Part shown: in pieces, positions 48,855 to 58,578 of the stretch
Layout of the letters: every line of letters begins with the position of its first letter
How positions within the stretch are numbered: position 1 is the first letter of the stretch
Origin: Thermoanaerobaculia bacterium
GTDB taxonomy: Bacteria > Acidobacteriota > Thermoanaerobaculia > UBA5066
NCBI GenBank assembly: GCA_963816185.1
Contig: CAWFJJ010000030.1
Coordinates: 320,001-384,000, forward strand
Direction of reading: 5' to 3'
Length of the DNA stretch: 64,000 nt
Translations under genes and position numbers: made by a program
Notes under the pieces: model-generated
Told to the model about the DNA's origin: nothing
The model's input: the letters and a program-made list of their open reading frames with translations, nothing else
Database searches by the model: none

Positions 48855-50612
48855 ATGTCTCTGTCTAACCGCTCCAACGCGTCCTGGGTCCGTGCGATCT
48901 GCTTGGGGTTCGCCGTGCTCTCGCTGGTCGCAGGCGCCGCGCAGGCCCAGGTCGTCTCCGAGTTCAGCGCCGGAATCACCGCCCCTGCGGCCCCTACCGG
49001 CATCACCGCCGGGCCCGACGGCAACCTGTGGTTCACGGAATTCAACGGCAACCGGATCGGACGGATTACCACGGCCGGAGTCGTCACCGAGTTCAGCGCC
49101 GGCATCACCGTCGGTGCGGCCCCTGACGGCATCAGCGCCGGGCCCGATGGCAACCTGTGGTTCACGGAATTCAACGTCGACCGGATCGGGCGGATCACCA
49201 CGGCCGGAGTCGTCACCGAGTTCAGCGCCGGCATCACCATCCCTGCGGGCCCTCGCAGCATCACGGCCGGCCCTGATGGCAACCTGTGGTTCACGGAAGC
49301 TGACGACCGGATCGGGCGGATTACCACGGCCGGAGTCGTCACCGAGTTCAGCGCCGGCATCACCGCCCTTGCCCACCCTTACGGCATCACCGCCGGGCCC
49401 GATGGCAACCTCTGGTTCACGGAATTCGACGGCAACCGGATCGGGCGGATTACCACGGCCGGAGTCGTCACCGAGTTCAGCGCCGGCATCACCGCCCTTG
49501 CGGACCCTCGCGGCATCACCGCCGGGCCCGACGGCAACCTGTGGTTCGCGGAATTCAACATCAACGCCAACCGGATCGGGCGGATTACCACGGCCGGAGT
49601 CGTCACCGAGTTCAGCGCCGGCATCACCGCCCCTGCGGGCCCTGTCGAAATCATCGCCGGCCCCGATGGCAACCTTTGGTTCACGGAAGCTGCCGACCGG
49701 ATTGGGCGGATTACGACGGGTGTCACCGTCGCCCCGCCGACGATCGTGAAGTCGTTCGGTGCGGCGAGCATTCCTCTGAACGGCTCGACCTCGCTCAGCT
49801 TCACGATCAACAACCCGAATGCCTCCACGGCGTTGACCGGCATCGGCTTCACCGACACGCTGCCGGCCGGCCTCGTGATCTCGACCCCGAACGGGCTCAC
49901 GGGTAGCTGCGGTGGGGGCACGATCACGGCAACGGCCGGATCGGGTGCCGTCAGCTTGACGGGAGCGACGCTCGCAGCGAGCGCTCAGTGCAACTTCAGC
50001 GCGAACGTGACCGGCACCACGCCGGGAACGAAGAACAACGTCACCAGCGCGGTGACCTCGGTCGAAGGCGGGGCGGGCGGTACGGCCTCGGCGAGTGTGA
50101 CCGTTGCCGCGGCAACAGCCCCGCCGGCAATCGTGAAGTCGTTCGGTGCGGCCAGCATCCCTCTGAACGGATCGACTTCTCTCAGCTTCACGATCGACAA
50201 CCCCAACACTTCCACATCGTTGACGGGCGTCGGGTTCACCGATACGTTGCCGGCTGGCCTCGTGGTCTCGACTCCCAGCGGGCTCACGGGTACCTGCGGC
50301 GGAGGCACGATTACGGCGACGGCCGGCTCGAATGCCGTCAGCCTGACAGGAGCGACGCTCGCAGGGAGCGCCTCGTGCACCTTCAGCGCGAACGTGACCG
50401 GTGACGCGCTGGGAACGCAGACTAATGTCACCGGCGCGGTGACCTCGGTCGAGGGCGGCACGGGCGGCACGGCCAGGGCGGGTGTTACGGTGGTTGCGGG
50501 CGGGCCCGCGGCGCCGACGAACGTTCCCGCGTTGAAGCCATGGGCGCTGGCGCTGCTCGGGCTGCTCCTGGCCGTCGTCGCCGGCATTGCCTTGCGCCAC
50601 AAGATCGGTTAG
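48855..50612 (+). CDS. Surface protein: six Vgb/NHL-like propeller repeats, two Ig-like repeats, IPTL-CTERM-like sorting signal
   Basis: Six ITAGPDGNLWFTE-type repeats, two IVKSFGAASIPLNGSTSLSFTI domains, C-terminal VPALKPWALALLGLLL...R. Confidence 0.88.
   Translation: MSLSNRSNASWVRAICLGFAVLSLVAGAAQAQVVSEFSAGITAPAAPTGITAGPDGNLWFTEFNGNRIGRITTAGVVTEFSAGITVGAAPDGISAGPDGNLWFTEFNVDRIGRITTAGVVTEFSAGITIPAGPRSITAGPDGNLWFTEADDRIGRITTAGVVTEFSAGITALAHPYGITAGPDGNLWFTEFDGNRIGRITTAGVVTEFSAGITALADPRGITAGPDGNLWFAEFNINANRIGRITTAGVVTEFSAGITAPAGPVEIIAGPDGNLWFTEAADRIGRITTGVTVAPPTIVKSFGAASIPLNGSTSLSFTINNPNASTALTGIGFTDTLPAGLVISTPNGLTGSCGGGTITATAGSGAVSLTGATLAASAQCNFSANVTGTTPGTKNNVTSAVTSVEGGAGGTASASVTVAAATAPPAIVKSFGAASIPLNGSTSLSFTIDNPNTSTSLTGVGFTDTLPAGLVVSTPSGLTGTCGGGTITATAGSNAVSLTGATLAGSASCTFSANVTGDALGTQTNVTGAVTSVEGGTGGTARAGVTVVAGGPAAPTNVPALKPWALALLGLLLAVVAGIALRHKIG
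48952..49725 (+). repeat. Six tandem ~123-129 bp propeller-blade repeats
   Basis: GAGTTCAGCGCCGG and GGCAACCT.TGGTTC recur six times nearly unchanged. Confidence 0.9.
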
Positions 50613-50677
50613 GCAAACGCGGGGATTTACGAAATCGCGGTATGCCGCACTTTCGGCTCGCAAGAAAGGAAGAACCC

Positions 50678-51127
50678 ATGAACCAGCATCGCATTAAGGG
50701 ACTTTGTATCGGCGCCGTGCTCCCGCTCCTCCTGTGCGCCGCCAGCGCCCTCGCATCGCCGAAGTCCGAGATCAAAGGCGCGGCGATCCTCGATCACCCT
50801 TGCGGCAAGGTCGCCGTCAAGCATATGGGTCTTGTTCACGCCGGCAAGATGGACGCGGCCGTCAAGCTCGGCACCAAAGAGATGCAGGAGCAATGGAAGA
50901 CGATGTCCGCCGCGGACAAGACGATGATGTCGGGAATGATGAAGGAAATGTCACAGAGCGAGGAGCAATACTCGGCCGACATCAAATCCAGCGGCCTCCT
51001 CCTCGTCGATGGCCCCGCCGCCACCCTGACCGTAAAGAAGACAACCAAAGACAAGAACGGCACCAGCACCTCGACCATGAGGGAGGAGTTCAAGCTCGAC
51101 GGCGGCCGATGGCTGATGAGTCCTTAG
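50678..51127 (+). CDS. Small secreted Met-rich protein, possibly NTF2-like
   Basis: AAGGA RBS, signal peptide ending ASALA, FKLDGGRWLM C-terminus. Confidence 0.7.
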   Translation: MNQHRIKGLCIGAVLPLLLCAASALASPKSEIKGAAILDHPCGKVAVKHMGLVHAGKMDAAVKLGTKEMQEQWKTMSAADKTMMSGMMKEMSQSEEQYSADIKSSGLLLVDGPAATLTVKKTTKDKNGTSTSTMREEFKLDGGRWLMSP

Positions 51128-51232
51128 GTCGCGCTGAACGGTTGGAGACGGCAATCTACGCCCACGCCCGAACGCTGGCAGAAGAAATAGCACGCTCGGT
51201 GGAACTCGTTTCGAACAATCGGGAGACATCAC

Positions 51233-51781
51233 ATGAGCTACCTTCTTCGGCATGGAACGTTGTGGATCCTTGCGATCGGCCTTTGGTATTCCGGCGGGGC
51301 CATCGCCGGTGTCGCGAGCGTGCGGGCGAACCGTCCGATCTCCGAGGGTGTCGACGCCAAGGGCACGCTCGTCTACAGTAGCCGTGCGGGCGCGCTGAGT
51401 GCGACGCTCAGGTACGCGTGGCTCGTGAAGGGACCCGATTCGGTGGATCCGGGTAAGACGGTTCGCCGCCTGATTCTTTCGGCCGCAGATATTAGAGCGG
51501 CGTTGCAAACTTGCAAGACGATGATGTGCGCCGGCGGCCAGGTAACCGAAGGAATGACCGTGGACTTCGACGCCGGTCCGCGCCTGGGCTACTGGATCGC
51601 GCTGAATGGCCAGAAAGTTCAGTACTCGGGGACGGTGACGCCCGACGCCTTTGCGGCGCGCGTCAACGTCGCCCGTCATCTTGCAGGCAGGCTTGCGATC
51701 GACGACATCGCGGTCGGCGGGCCGAAGGTCGACGTCGAGTTCGACGTCAGGCTGTTGAAGGAATTCAAGCCGGAGCACTGA
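51233..51781 (+). CDS. Secreted hypothetical protein
   Basis: GGGAG RBS, signal peptide, one Cys pair (CKTMMC), beta-rich. Confidence 0.7.
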   Translation: MSYLLRHGTLWILAIGLWYSGGAIAGVASVRANRPISEGVDAKGTLVYSSRAGALSATLRYAWLVKGPDSVDPGKTVRRLILSAADIRAALQTCKTMMCAGGQVTEGMTVDFDAGPRLGYWIALNGQKVQYSGTVTPDAFAARVNVARHLAGRLAIDDIAVGGPKVDVEFDVRLLKEFKPEH

Positions 51782-51893
51782 TCTGCCGAAAATGTGCCCG
51801 GAGCAGCAGAGCTGCACGTCGCCCTTGTGAAGGCGACTTCTCGACAGGGTAGAATCGCCGGCCCGGGATCCCACCTTCGGAGGCTTCTCCCCG

Positions 51894-53192
51894 ATGAACA
51901 TCTGCATGGTCGGAACGGGCTACGTCGGCCTCGTGACCGGCGCCTGCCTCGCCGACTTCGGCATGGACGTGACGTGCGTGGACAAGGACGAGACGAAGAT
52001 CGCTCTGCTCAAGACGGGCGTCTCGCCGATCTACGAGCCGGGCCTCGAAGAGCTGATCCACAAGAACGAGAAAGCCGGCCGCCTGCGCTTCTCCACGAAC
52101 ATCGTCGAGGCCATCGAGCGCAGCCTCGTCATCTTCATCGCCGTCGGGACGCCTCCCCATGAAGACGGCTCGCCGGACCTTTCGTACATCTTCCGGGTCG
52201 CGGAGTCGATCGCGACGCACATGAACGGTTACAAGGTCGTCGTCACGAAGTCCACGGTGCCCACCGGGACGGGCGCGCAGATCGAGGAGATCCTCCGCAC
52301 GAAGAACGGCCGGCACAAGTTCTCCGTCGTCTCGAACCCGGAGTTTCTGCGCGAAGGGTCGGCCATCGAGGACTTCATGCACCCCGACCGGGTCGTCATC
52401 GGCTCGCGAGACGAGGAGGCGATCGCGATCGTCAAGGACGTCTACTCTCCGCTCTCGATCGGCGGCGTGCCCTTCGTCGTGACCGACGTCGAGTCGGCGG
52501 AGCTCATCAAGTACGCCTCGAACGGCTTCCTCGCCCTCAAGATCTCCTTCATCAACGAGGTCGCGGCCATGTGCGAGAGGATGGGCGCCGACGTGAAGGA
52601 CGTGGCCCGAGGCATGGGCCTCGACAAGCGCATCGCCCCGCATTTCCTGAACCCCGGGCCGGGCTACGGCGGGTCGTGCTTCCCGAAGGACTCCTCCGCC
52701 GTCGTCGACCTCGCGCGGAAGAACGGCTACAAATTCGAGATCATGGAGGCCGTCCTGTCCGTCAACGACCACGTCAAGGCGCGCATGGTGGAGAAGGTTG
52801 CGGGCGTGTGCCCGGACCTGAAAGGCCGGCGCGTCGCCATGCTCGGGATCGCCTTCAAGCCCGAGACCGACGACATCCGCGAAAGCGCGTGCCTGAGGCT
52901 CGCGTACGACCTCCAGGCGCGCGGCGCCGACGTCGTGGCCTACGACCCTGCCGCGATGGACAACGCGCGGAAGGAGATGCCCTCGCTCAAGCTCGCCGAC
53001 GACGTCTATTCGTGCGCCGCCGGAGCCGACGTCCTCATCCTAGCGACCGACTGGAACCAGTTCCGCAAACTCGACCTCGACCGGCTCGAGAAGACGATGA
53101 AGGCGAAGAACTTCGTCGACCTGCGCAACCTCTACGAGCCGAAGGAGATGAGGAAGGCCGGCTGGAATTACGTAGGGCTCGGCCGCGGCTGA
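51894..53192 (+). CDS. ugd: UDP-glucose 6-dehydrogenase
   Basis: GTGYVG, KSTVP, NPEFLREG, GYGGSCFPKD, FKPETDDIRES. Confidence 0.95.
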   Translation: MNICMVGTGYVGLVTGACLADFGMDVTCVDKDETKIALLKTGVSPIYEPGLEELIHKNEKAGRLRFSTNIVEAIERSLVIFIAVGTPPHEDGSPDLSYIFRVAESIATHMNGYKVVVTKSTVPTGTGAQIEEILRTKNGRHKFSVVSNPEFLREGSAIEDFMHPDRVVIGSRDEEAIAIVKDVYSPLSIGGVPFVVTDVESAELIKYASNGFLALKISFINEVAAMCERMGADVKDVARGMGLDKRIAPHFLNPGPGYGGSCFPKDSSAVVDLARKNGYKFEIMEAVLSVNDHVKARMVEKVAGVCPDLKGRRVAMLGIAFKPETDDIRESACLRLAYDLQARGADVVAYDPAAMDNARKEMPSLKLADDVYSCAAGADVLILATDWNQFRKLDLDRLEKTMKAKNFVDLRNLYEPKEMRKAGWNYVGLGRG

Positions 53193-53254
53193 AGCGCGTG
53201 CATCATGGCCGCCGGACGACGCGGATGGCACCCTCGCCGCATCGGAGGTGGCTC

Positions 53255-53497
53255 ATGGCCATGAAGATTCAGGACACCTGCATCAACTGCGGCTCGTGCG
53301 AGCCGGATTGCCCGAACAAGGCGATCAGCGCGGGCGATCCGACCTACACGGTCGACGTGACGCGCTGCACCGAGTGCGTCGGCGCGTTCGACGCGCCGAA
53401 GTGCATCGAGATCTGCCCCATCGAGGGCTGCATCGTGACCGAGCCGGCCGAGCCGCGCGAGGTTCTCGAGGCCCGCTACACGCAGCTGCACGCCTGA
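53255..53497 (+). CDS. 2[4Fe-4S] ferredoxin, YfhL type
   Basis: [12 protein letters not shown] and CTECVG...CIEICP; GGAGG RBS. Confidence 0.92.
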   Translation: MAMKIQDTCINCGSCEPDCPNKAISAGDPTYTVDVTRCTECVGAFDAPKCIEICPIEGCIVTEPAEPREVLEARYTQLHA

Positions 53498-53546
53498 GGC
53501 GGCGCGCGCCGGAGCAGGCGCGTTCCTCCCTTACAATCGCGGTTTC

Positions 53547-54503
53547 ATGCGCGTCGTCGTCACCGGAGCCGCAGGGTTCCTCGGGAGCCATCTGACCGAT
53601 CGCCTCCTCGGCGACGGGCACGAGGTCGTCGGGCTCGACAATCTCATCACGGGCGACGAACGGAACATCGCCCACCTCTTCGGGAACAGGAAGTTCCGCT
53701 TCGTCCTGCACGACGTCACGGAGTACATCTTTCTCGACGGGCCCGTGGACGCGATCCTCCACTTCGCGTCCCCCGCCTCACCCATCGACTATCTCCAGAT
53801 CCCGATCCAGACGCTGAAGGTCGGCGCGCTCGGCACGCACAAGGCGCTCGGGCTCGCTCGCGCGAAGAAGGCCCGCTTCCTCCTCGCGTCCACGTCCGAG
53901 GTCTACGGCGACCCGCTCGTCCATCCGCAGCCCGAGACCTACTGGGGAAACGTGAATCCCGTCGGCCCGCGCGGGTGCTACGACGAGGCGAAGCGCTTCG
54001 CCGAGGCGATGACGATCGCGTACCGGAACTTCCACGGCGTCGACACGCGCATCGTGCGGATCTTCAACACCTACGGCCCGCGCATGCGCCCGAACGACGG
54101 CCGTATCGTTCCGTCGCTCATCGGCCAGGCTCTTCGCGGTGAGCCGCTGACGGTGTTCGGCGACGGATCGCAGACGCGGTCGTTCTGCTACGTCCCGGAT
54201 CTCGTCGAGGGGATCACCCGGCTCCTCCTGTCCGACTACAAGGACCCGCTGAACCTCGGCAACCCCGCCGAGATGACGGTCCTGGAGTTCGCCGAGACGA
54301 TCCGGCGTCTCACCTTCACGAAGGCGCCCATCGTCCACAGGCCGCTGCCCGTGGACGACCCGAAGCAGCGCCGCCCCGACATCGCTCTCGCGAAGAAGAT
54401 CCTCGGCTGGGAGCCGAAGGTCGGTCTCGAGGAGGGCCTGAAAAGCACCGTCGCGTATTTCGCGTCTCGCGACCGGCCGGGCCCGCCCGCTTCTTCGTCG
54501 TAG
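53547..54503 (+). CDS. UDP-glucuronate decarboxylase (UDP-xylose synthase) family
   Basis: [38 protein letters not shown]. Confidence 0.92.
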   Translation: MRVVVTGAAGFLGSHLTDRLLGDGHEVVGLDNLITGDERNIAHLFGNRKFRFVLHDVTEYIFLDGPVDAILHFASPASPIDYLQIPIQTLKVGALGTHKALGLARAKKARFLLASTSEVYGDPLVHPQPETYWGNVNPVGPRGCYDEAKRFAEAMTIAYRNFHGVDTRIVRIFNTYGPRMRPNDGRIVPSLIGQALRGEPLTVFGDGSQTRSFCYVPDLVEGITRLLLSDYKDPLNLGNPAEMTVLEFAETIRRLTFTKAPIVHRPLPVDDPKQRRPDIALAKKILGWEPKVGLEEGLKSTVAYFASRDRPGPPASSS

Positions 54504-54517
54504 AATCCTTCTCAAGC

Positions 54518-55648
54518 GTGACTTTCACCCTTCCTCAGGTCCTCGTGCTCTTCTGCGCGCTTGGCGCGGTGTCGTTCGGCGTGCTTGCGCTGCTGCTTCT
54601 GCGCTGGAACCAGGCCCGTACGGAGCTCGTGCTCTATGCGACCCTCGCGTTCGCGATCGCGTTCTGGCTCGCGACTCCGCTCCTCACTCCGGTTCCGGTC
54701 CCCGTCTCCCGCGAGATCCTGGGGCGCCTCGTCCGCGCGCTTTCCTTCATCCTTCCCGCCGTCGGCTTTCTCTTCCTGCTCCGCTTTCTGAACCTCCCGC
54801 TGAGGCCCGCCCTGAGGGCTCTTCTGGCCCTTCCGCTCGCCGGCACGCTCCTCGCGCTCTTTCTGCCGGCCGCGAGCCCGCTCGTCGGGGGATTGTCCGT
54901 CCTCTCGGTCGGACTCGTCTCGATCGGGTTTCTGATCATCTTCGCCCGGAAGGAGAACCGGCGACGCGACACGACGCTCGTCTTCGTCGCCACGGCCTTC
55001 CTGCTCGCGGGGGCGACGCTCGAGACGGGCTCGCGCTGGGTCGCGGGTCCCGGGGCGTTCTCTGGCGCCTTCTTCGGGTTCGCGTTCCTCGTCTTCACCG
55101 CGCTCCTCCTTCCGACGGTGGCCGACGAAGAACGCCGCCTGTTCGCGCGGGCGACCACGGACGCTCTCACCGGGCTGCTCACACGTTCCCTTTTCCTGGG
55201 ACGCGCCGCCGAGGAGCTCGTGCGCGCGGAGCGGACGCGGCGCTCGGCGGCGCTCGTCGCGATCGCGGTCGACGGGTTCGAGGCTTTCGAGAAGGAGCAG
55301 GGGCGCGACGCCGCGGACGAGATTCTCGCCACTTTCGGGCAGGCGATCGGGCGGACGATCCGCGGGATCGACCTCGCCGCCCGCCGCCCGCGCTCCGAGT
55401 TTCTCGTGCTCCTCGTCGAGGCCGACGAGACGAACGCGACGATCGCAGTGGAGCGCATCCGGAACGGCTTCCCCGGCGCCCCAGGCCGCATCTTGACGCT
55501 CTCGGCCGGAATCGCCGTCCACGGCCGGCGGGACAAGACGCGCTGCGATGCGCTCCTCGAGCGCGCCGAACGGACTCTGGCCCGCGCGCGCGCCGCCGGC
55601 GGGAACCGGATCCTGCTCGAAGAGCCGCCGGCCGCTCCGGCCGCCTAG
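54518..55648 (+). CDS. Membrane protein with degenerate GGDEF domain
   Basis: Multiple TM helices, TDALTGL, AADEIL, TLSAGIA; GGDEF position reads ARRPRSEF. Confidence 0.8.
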   Translation: MTFTLPQVLVLFCALGAVSFGVLALLLLRWNQARTELVLYATLAFAIAFWLATPLLTPVPVPVSREILGRLVRALSFILPAVGFLFLLRFLNLPLRPALRALLALPLAGTLLALFLPAASPLVGGLSVLSVGLVSIGFLIIFARKENRRRDTTLVFVATAFLLAGATLETGSRWVAGPGAFSGAFFGFAFLVFTALLLPTVADEERRLFARATTDALTGLLTRSLFLGRAAEELVRAERTRRSAALVAIAVDGFEAFEKEQGRDAADEILATFGQAIGRTIRGIDLAARRPRSEFLVLLVEADETNATIAVERIRNGFPGAPGRILTLSAGIAVHGRRDKTRCDALLERAERTLARARAAGGNRILLEEPPAAPAA

Positions 55649-57087
55649 AAACTGTAGAAGAGGCTTGCCGCGAGCTGCCGCGAGGCGCGGCCGACGTCGA
55701 ACCCGAAGTCGATCGAAAGCGACCGGGCGACGGTCACGCCGAGACCGCCCGTGAAGCGGTCGTCCGCGCGCCCGCCGTCGAACACCGCGGCGACGCTCTC
55801 CGAGAAGGGCGGGTCCGTGATCGGAAACGGGGTGCCCGAGGCGTCTTTAGCCGCGAGGCTCGCCGTGACGCCGTGAGCGGGCTCGCGGTGATAGCCGACC
55901 CGGAACGCGAGGCGGCCGTCGTTCCCGCCTGCCACGTACTCGAGCCCGATACGCGGCACCCAGACGTTCGGCGCCGGAGAGACGTCGGCGAGGACGTCCG
56001 AGACAAAGAACCCCGGCGACGGGCCGACGAACCCCATGTACGAGACGATGGGAAGCGAACGGTCGAAGATGTCGCCGTAGGCGACCCACTGGACCTCAGC
56101 CGCGATGGTCAGGCCGGGCATGGGGTGAGACGCGAGACCGATCGCGGCGTCCCGCGGCACGCGGAACTTGAACGGCCGCGACGTCTGGGAGGCCAGCGCC
56201 GCGGGCACGTCGCCGCCGATCACGAGCGTTCCGTCATTGCGCGGCGAGGACCGGTAGTCCGCTCCGAGCGTCAGGACGCCGTCGGGGAGGAGGTCGGCGT
56301 GGATCCCCACGAGGAAGCCCGGCTTCGTGCCCGAGACGCCGTCCACGCGCATCGTAACGGTGCGGATCTCCTCTGCCGTGGGCGACAGGAAGAAGCGGCT
56401 CGTGATGCGGTGCGGGCCGTTCGCGTCGCCGCCCAGATCGAATGACGGGCGATTCAGTGTGACGGCGCCGCCCACGCGCAGGCGATCCGTCACGCGGTAC
56501 GCCAGGGACAGCCCGAGCAGCCGGTTCCTCAGGCTCACCGAGCCGAACTCGCGATACGAGTAGGGGAAGTCCTGGTGCGTGACGCTTCCGGAACGGTTGT
56601 CGTGCAGCTCAAAGTACTGATAACCGCCGCCCCCGGCCTCGCCCTCGAATCGCAGGTTCTCGGCGTACGTGACGGCCGCGACGAGGCGGCGCGTGAGGGG
56701 CACAACGACACCCGCGAAATCGACCGACGCGGCGCGCGTGTCGCGATCCACGTTCGAGGTCTCGACCGGCGAATAGGGCGTGGCCAACGGGCCCGTCGCC
56801 GTGGAGCGCGCCGTCACGAGGCCCAGGGTCTCGTCCGTGCGCTTTCCGGAGACCGCAAATTCGATCGAAGAGATGAGGCCGAGCCCGGCGGGATTCGCGA
56901 GCGCGGCCGTCGCGTCGTCGGCGATGGCCGTGAACGCTCCGCCCATGGCGAGCGACTTGCCGCCCGGGTTCGTGAGGTTGAAGCTGACCTTCGAGAGGAG
57001 CGCCGAATCGGTCTGGGCGCGGGCGGACGAAGGGATGACTCCCAGGAAGAGCAGCAGCGCCGCGTTCCGGAATCGTCTCTTCCTCAT
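55645..57087 (-). CDS. FadL/TodX-like outer-membrane beta-barrel
   Basis: Signal peptide, NPGGKSLAMGGAFTAIADDATAALANPAGL plug motif, C-terminal FYSF. Confidence 0.82.
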   Translation of the reverse strand: MRKRRFRNAALLLFLGVIPSSARAQTDSALLSKVSFNLTNPGGKSLAMGGAFTAIADDATAALANPAGLGLISSIEFAVSGKRTDETLGLVTARSTATGPLATPYSPVETSNVDRDTRAASVDFAGVVVPLTRRLVAAVTYAENLRFEGEAGGGGYQYFELHDNRSGSVTHQDFPYSYREFGSVSLRNRLLGLSLAYRVTDRLRVGGAVTLNRPSFDLGGDANGPHRITSRFFLSPTAEEIRTVTMRVDGVSGTKPGFLVGIHADLLPDGVLTLGADYRSSPRNDGTLVIGGDVPAALASQTSRPFKFRVPRDAAIGLASHPMPGLTIAAEVQWVAYGDIFDRSLPIVSYMGFVGPSPGFFVSDVLADVSPAPNVWVPRIGLEYVAGGNDGRLAFRVGYHREPAHGVTASLAAKDASGTPFPITDPPFSESVAAVFDGGRADDRFTGGLGVTVARSLSIDFGFDVGRASRQLAASLFYSF

Positions 57088-58574
57088 GGTGCCTCTCCCC
57101 TCGTCAGAAGGTCGGCGAGCGCGCCGGGCGTCTCGAAGGGCTCGGAAAGTAACACCGTCGCGCCTCCCGCCACCGAAACGACGCGCTCGACGGTTCGCCC
57201 GCTCGGGCCCGGCCCGGCGAGAACGACGCGGTAGCGACCGGGCGCGAGATCGGTCACGAGGAGGGGGGTCGTGGCGTTCGCGGGCAGGGCGACGGAGTTC
57301 CCGGTGCGCGCGTCGACGATCGAGACGACCCGAGCGAACGGCAGCGCGACGACCTGCAGGCGCCCCGGCGCGAGAGCGACTGCCGGCGGCGTCATGGGCG
57401 GCGCCGTCGGCGCGGTCCGGGCGGCGTGGGCCGCGGTCGAACCGGCCGGCGGAGTCCGCCTGTCCGCAGAGCGCGGCGAGGAGCGGCCGCGGGCCGCCCA
57501 CCATGAGGCCGCGAGCACGAGGACGATTCCCGCTGCCGCGAACCACAGGAGCAGGCGTGCCTCGTGAAGAGAAGGCTTGGCCACGGGAAGCGTCGCCGAG
57601 CCGGGACGCCGCCCCACGCCCACGAGCTCCGTGCCGCTCGTCTGTTCGGACGCCGCCGCGTCTCCTGTCACCTGGTCGATCCCGGGGGGCAGCCGCACGC
57701 CACCGGCTTCCCGAAGCGCGGCGACGAGGCGGTCCACGATCTCGCGCCAGGTCCCGGGCCGGCTCTCGCGCCGCTTCTCGAGCATCTGCCCCACGAGGCG
57801 GACGAGCGAGACGGGGAGCGAGGGCGCGTCGGAGGGAGCCGCGACGGGCGGCGGAACCGCGTTGAGGTGCGCGGCGATGTACTCGACGGGGGCCTTGCCC
57901 TCGAACGGCCTGTGCCCCGAGAGCACCTGATAGAAGATGACGCCGAGGCTGTAGACGTCGCTGCGCCAGTCGAGCGGCGCGCCGTGCCCGAGCGACCCCA
58001 GCTGCTCCGGCGACCCGTACGCGACCTTGCCGAGGAAGAACCCCGTGGCGGTCAGGGACTCGAGGCCCGTGCCCTTCTCGAACAGCTTCGCGACTCCGAA
58101 ATCGAGGAGCTTCACGAGCCGGTCGCTGCCGCGCTCGATGACGAGGATGTTGTCCGGAGACAAGTCGCGGTGAACGATCCCGCGTGAGGAGAGGTACTCG
58201 AGCCCGTGCGCGGCCTGTACGAGGAGCGGCACGGTCTCCGTCCACGGCCGGCCTGCGAAGGACGTCAGCGGCGTGCCGTCGAGGTACTCCATCGCGAGCC
58301 AGGGCGTCCCGTCCTCTTCTCCGATCTCGAAGAACGCGACGACGTTGACGTGAAGGAGGCTCTTGAGGATCGCGGCCTCGCGGTCGAAGCGTACGCGCGC
58401 CTCGGCGAGGTGCGCGCGCGACTCGTCGCCCGGTCCCTCCGCCTCGCGGATGACCTTCAGGGCGACCATGCGCTCGTCGCGCTCGTCGACGGCCTGGTAC
58501 ACGATGCCCATGCCGCCGCGGCCGATCCGCTTCAGGATGCGGTAATGGGCGATGCGCTCGACGGCGCCGGCCAA
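57084..58574 (-). CDS. Ser/Thr protein kinase with TM helix and PEGA-like extracytoplasmic domain
   Basis: IGRGGMGIVY, VALK, HRDLSPDN, DFGVAK, SPEQ, SDVYSLG; C-terminal LAPGRYRVVL. Confidence 0.92.
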   Translation of the reverse strand: MAGAVERIAHYRILKRIGRGGMGIVYQAVDERDERMVALKVIREAEGPGDESRAHLAEARVRFDREAAILKSLLHVNVVAFFEIGEEDGTPWLAMEYLDGTPLTSFAGRPWTETVPLLVQAAHGLEYLSSRGIVHRDLSPDNILVIERGSDRLVKLLDFGVAKLFEKGTGLESLTATGFFLGKVAYGSPEQLGSLGHGAPLDWRSDVYSLGVIFYQVLSGHRPFEGKAPVEYIAAHLNAVPPPVAAPSDAPSLPVSLVRLVGQMLEKRRESRPGTWREIVDRLVAALREAGGVRLPPGIDQVTGDAAASEQTSGTELVGVGRRPGSATLPVAKPSLHEARLLLWFAAAGIVLVLAASWWAARGRSSPRSADRRTPPAGSTAAHAARTAPTAPPMTPPAVALAPGRLQVVALPFARVVSIVDARTGNSVALPANATTPLLVTDLAPGRYRVVLAGPGPSGRTVERVVSVAGGATVLLSEPFETPGALADLLTRGEAP

Positions 58575-58578
58575 CCCG

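Noticed and set aside
48952-49725. Conserved-variable alternation resembling a CRISPR array or DGR target
   Set aside because: Repeats are in-frame propeller blades; no reverse transcriptase or template repeat is present, and differences are not adenine-specific
47136-51781. Integron cassette array (co-oriented small genes, GTTAGGC at ~50608)
   Set aside because: No paired RYYYAAC...GTTRRRY attC structures after the genes and no integrase
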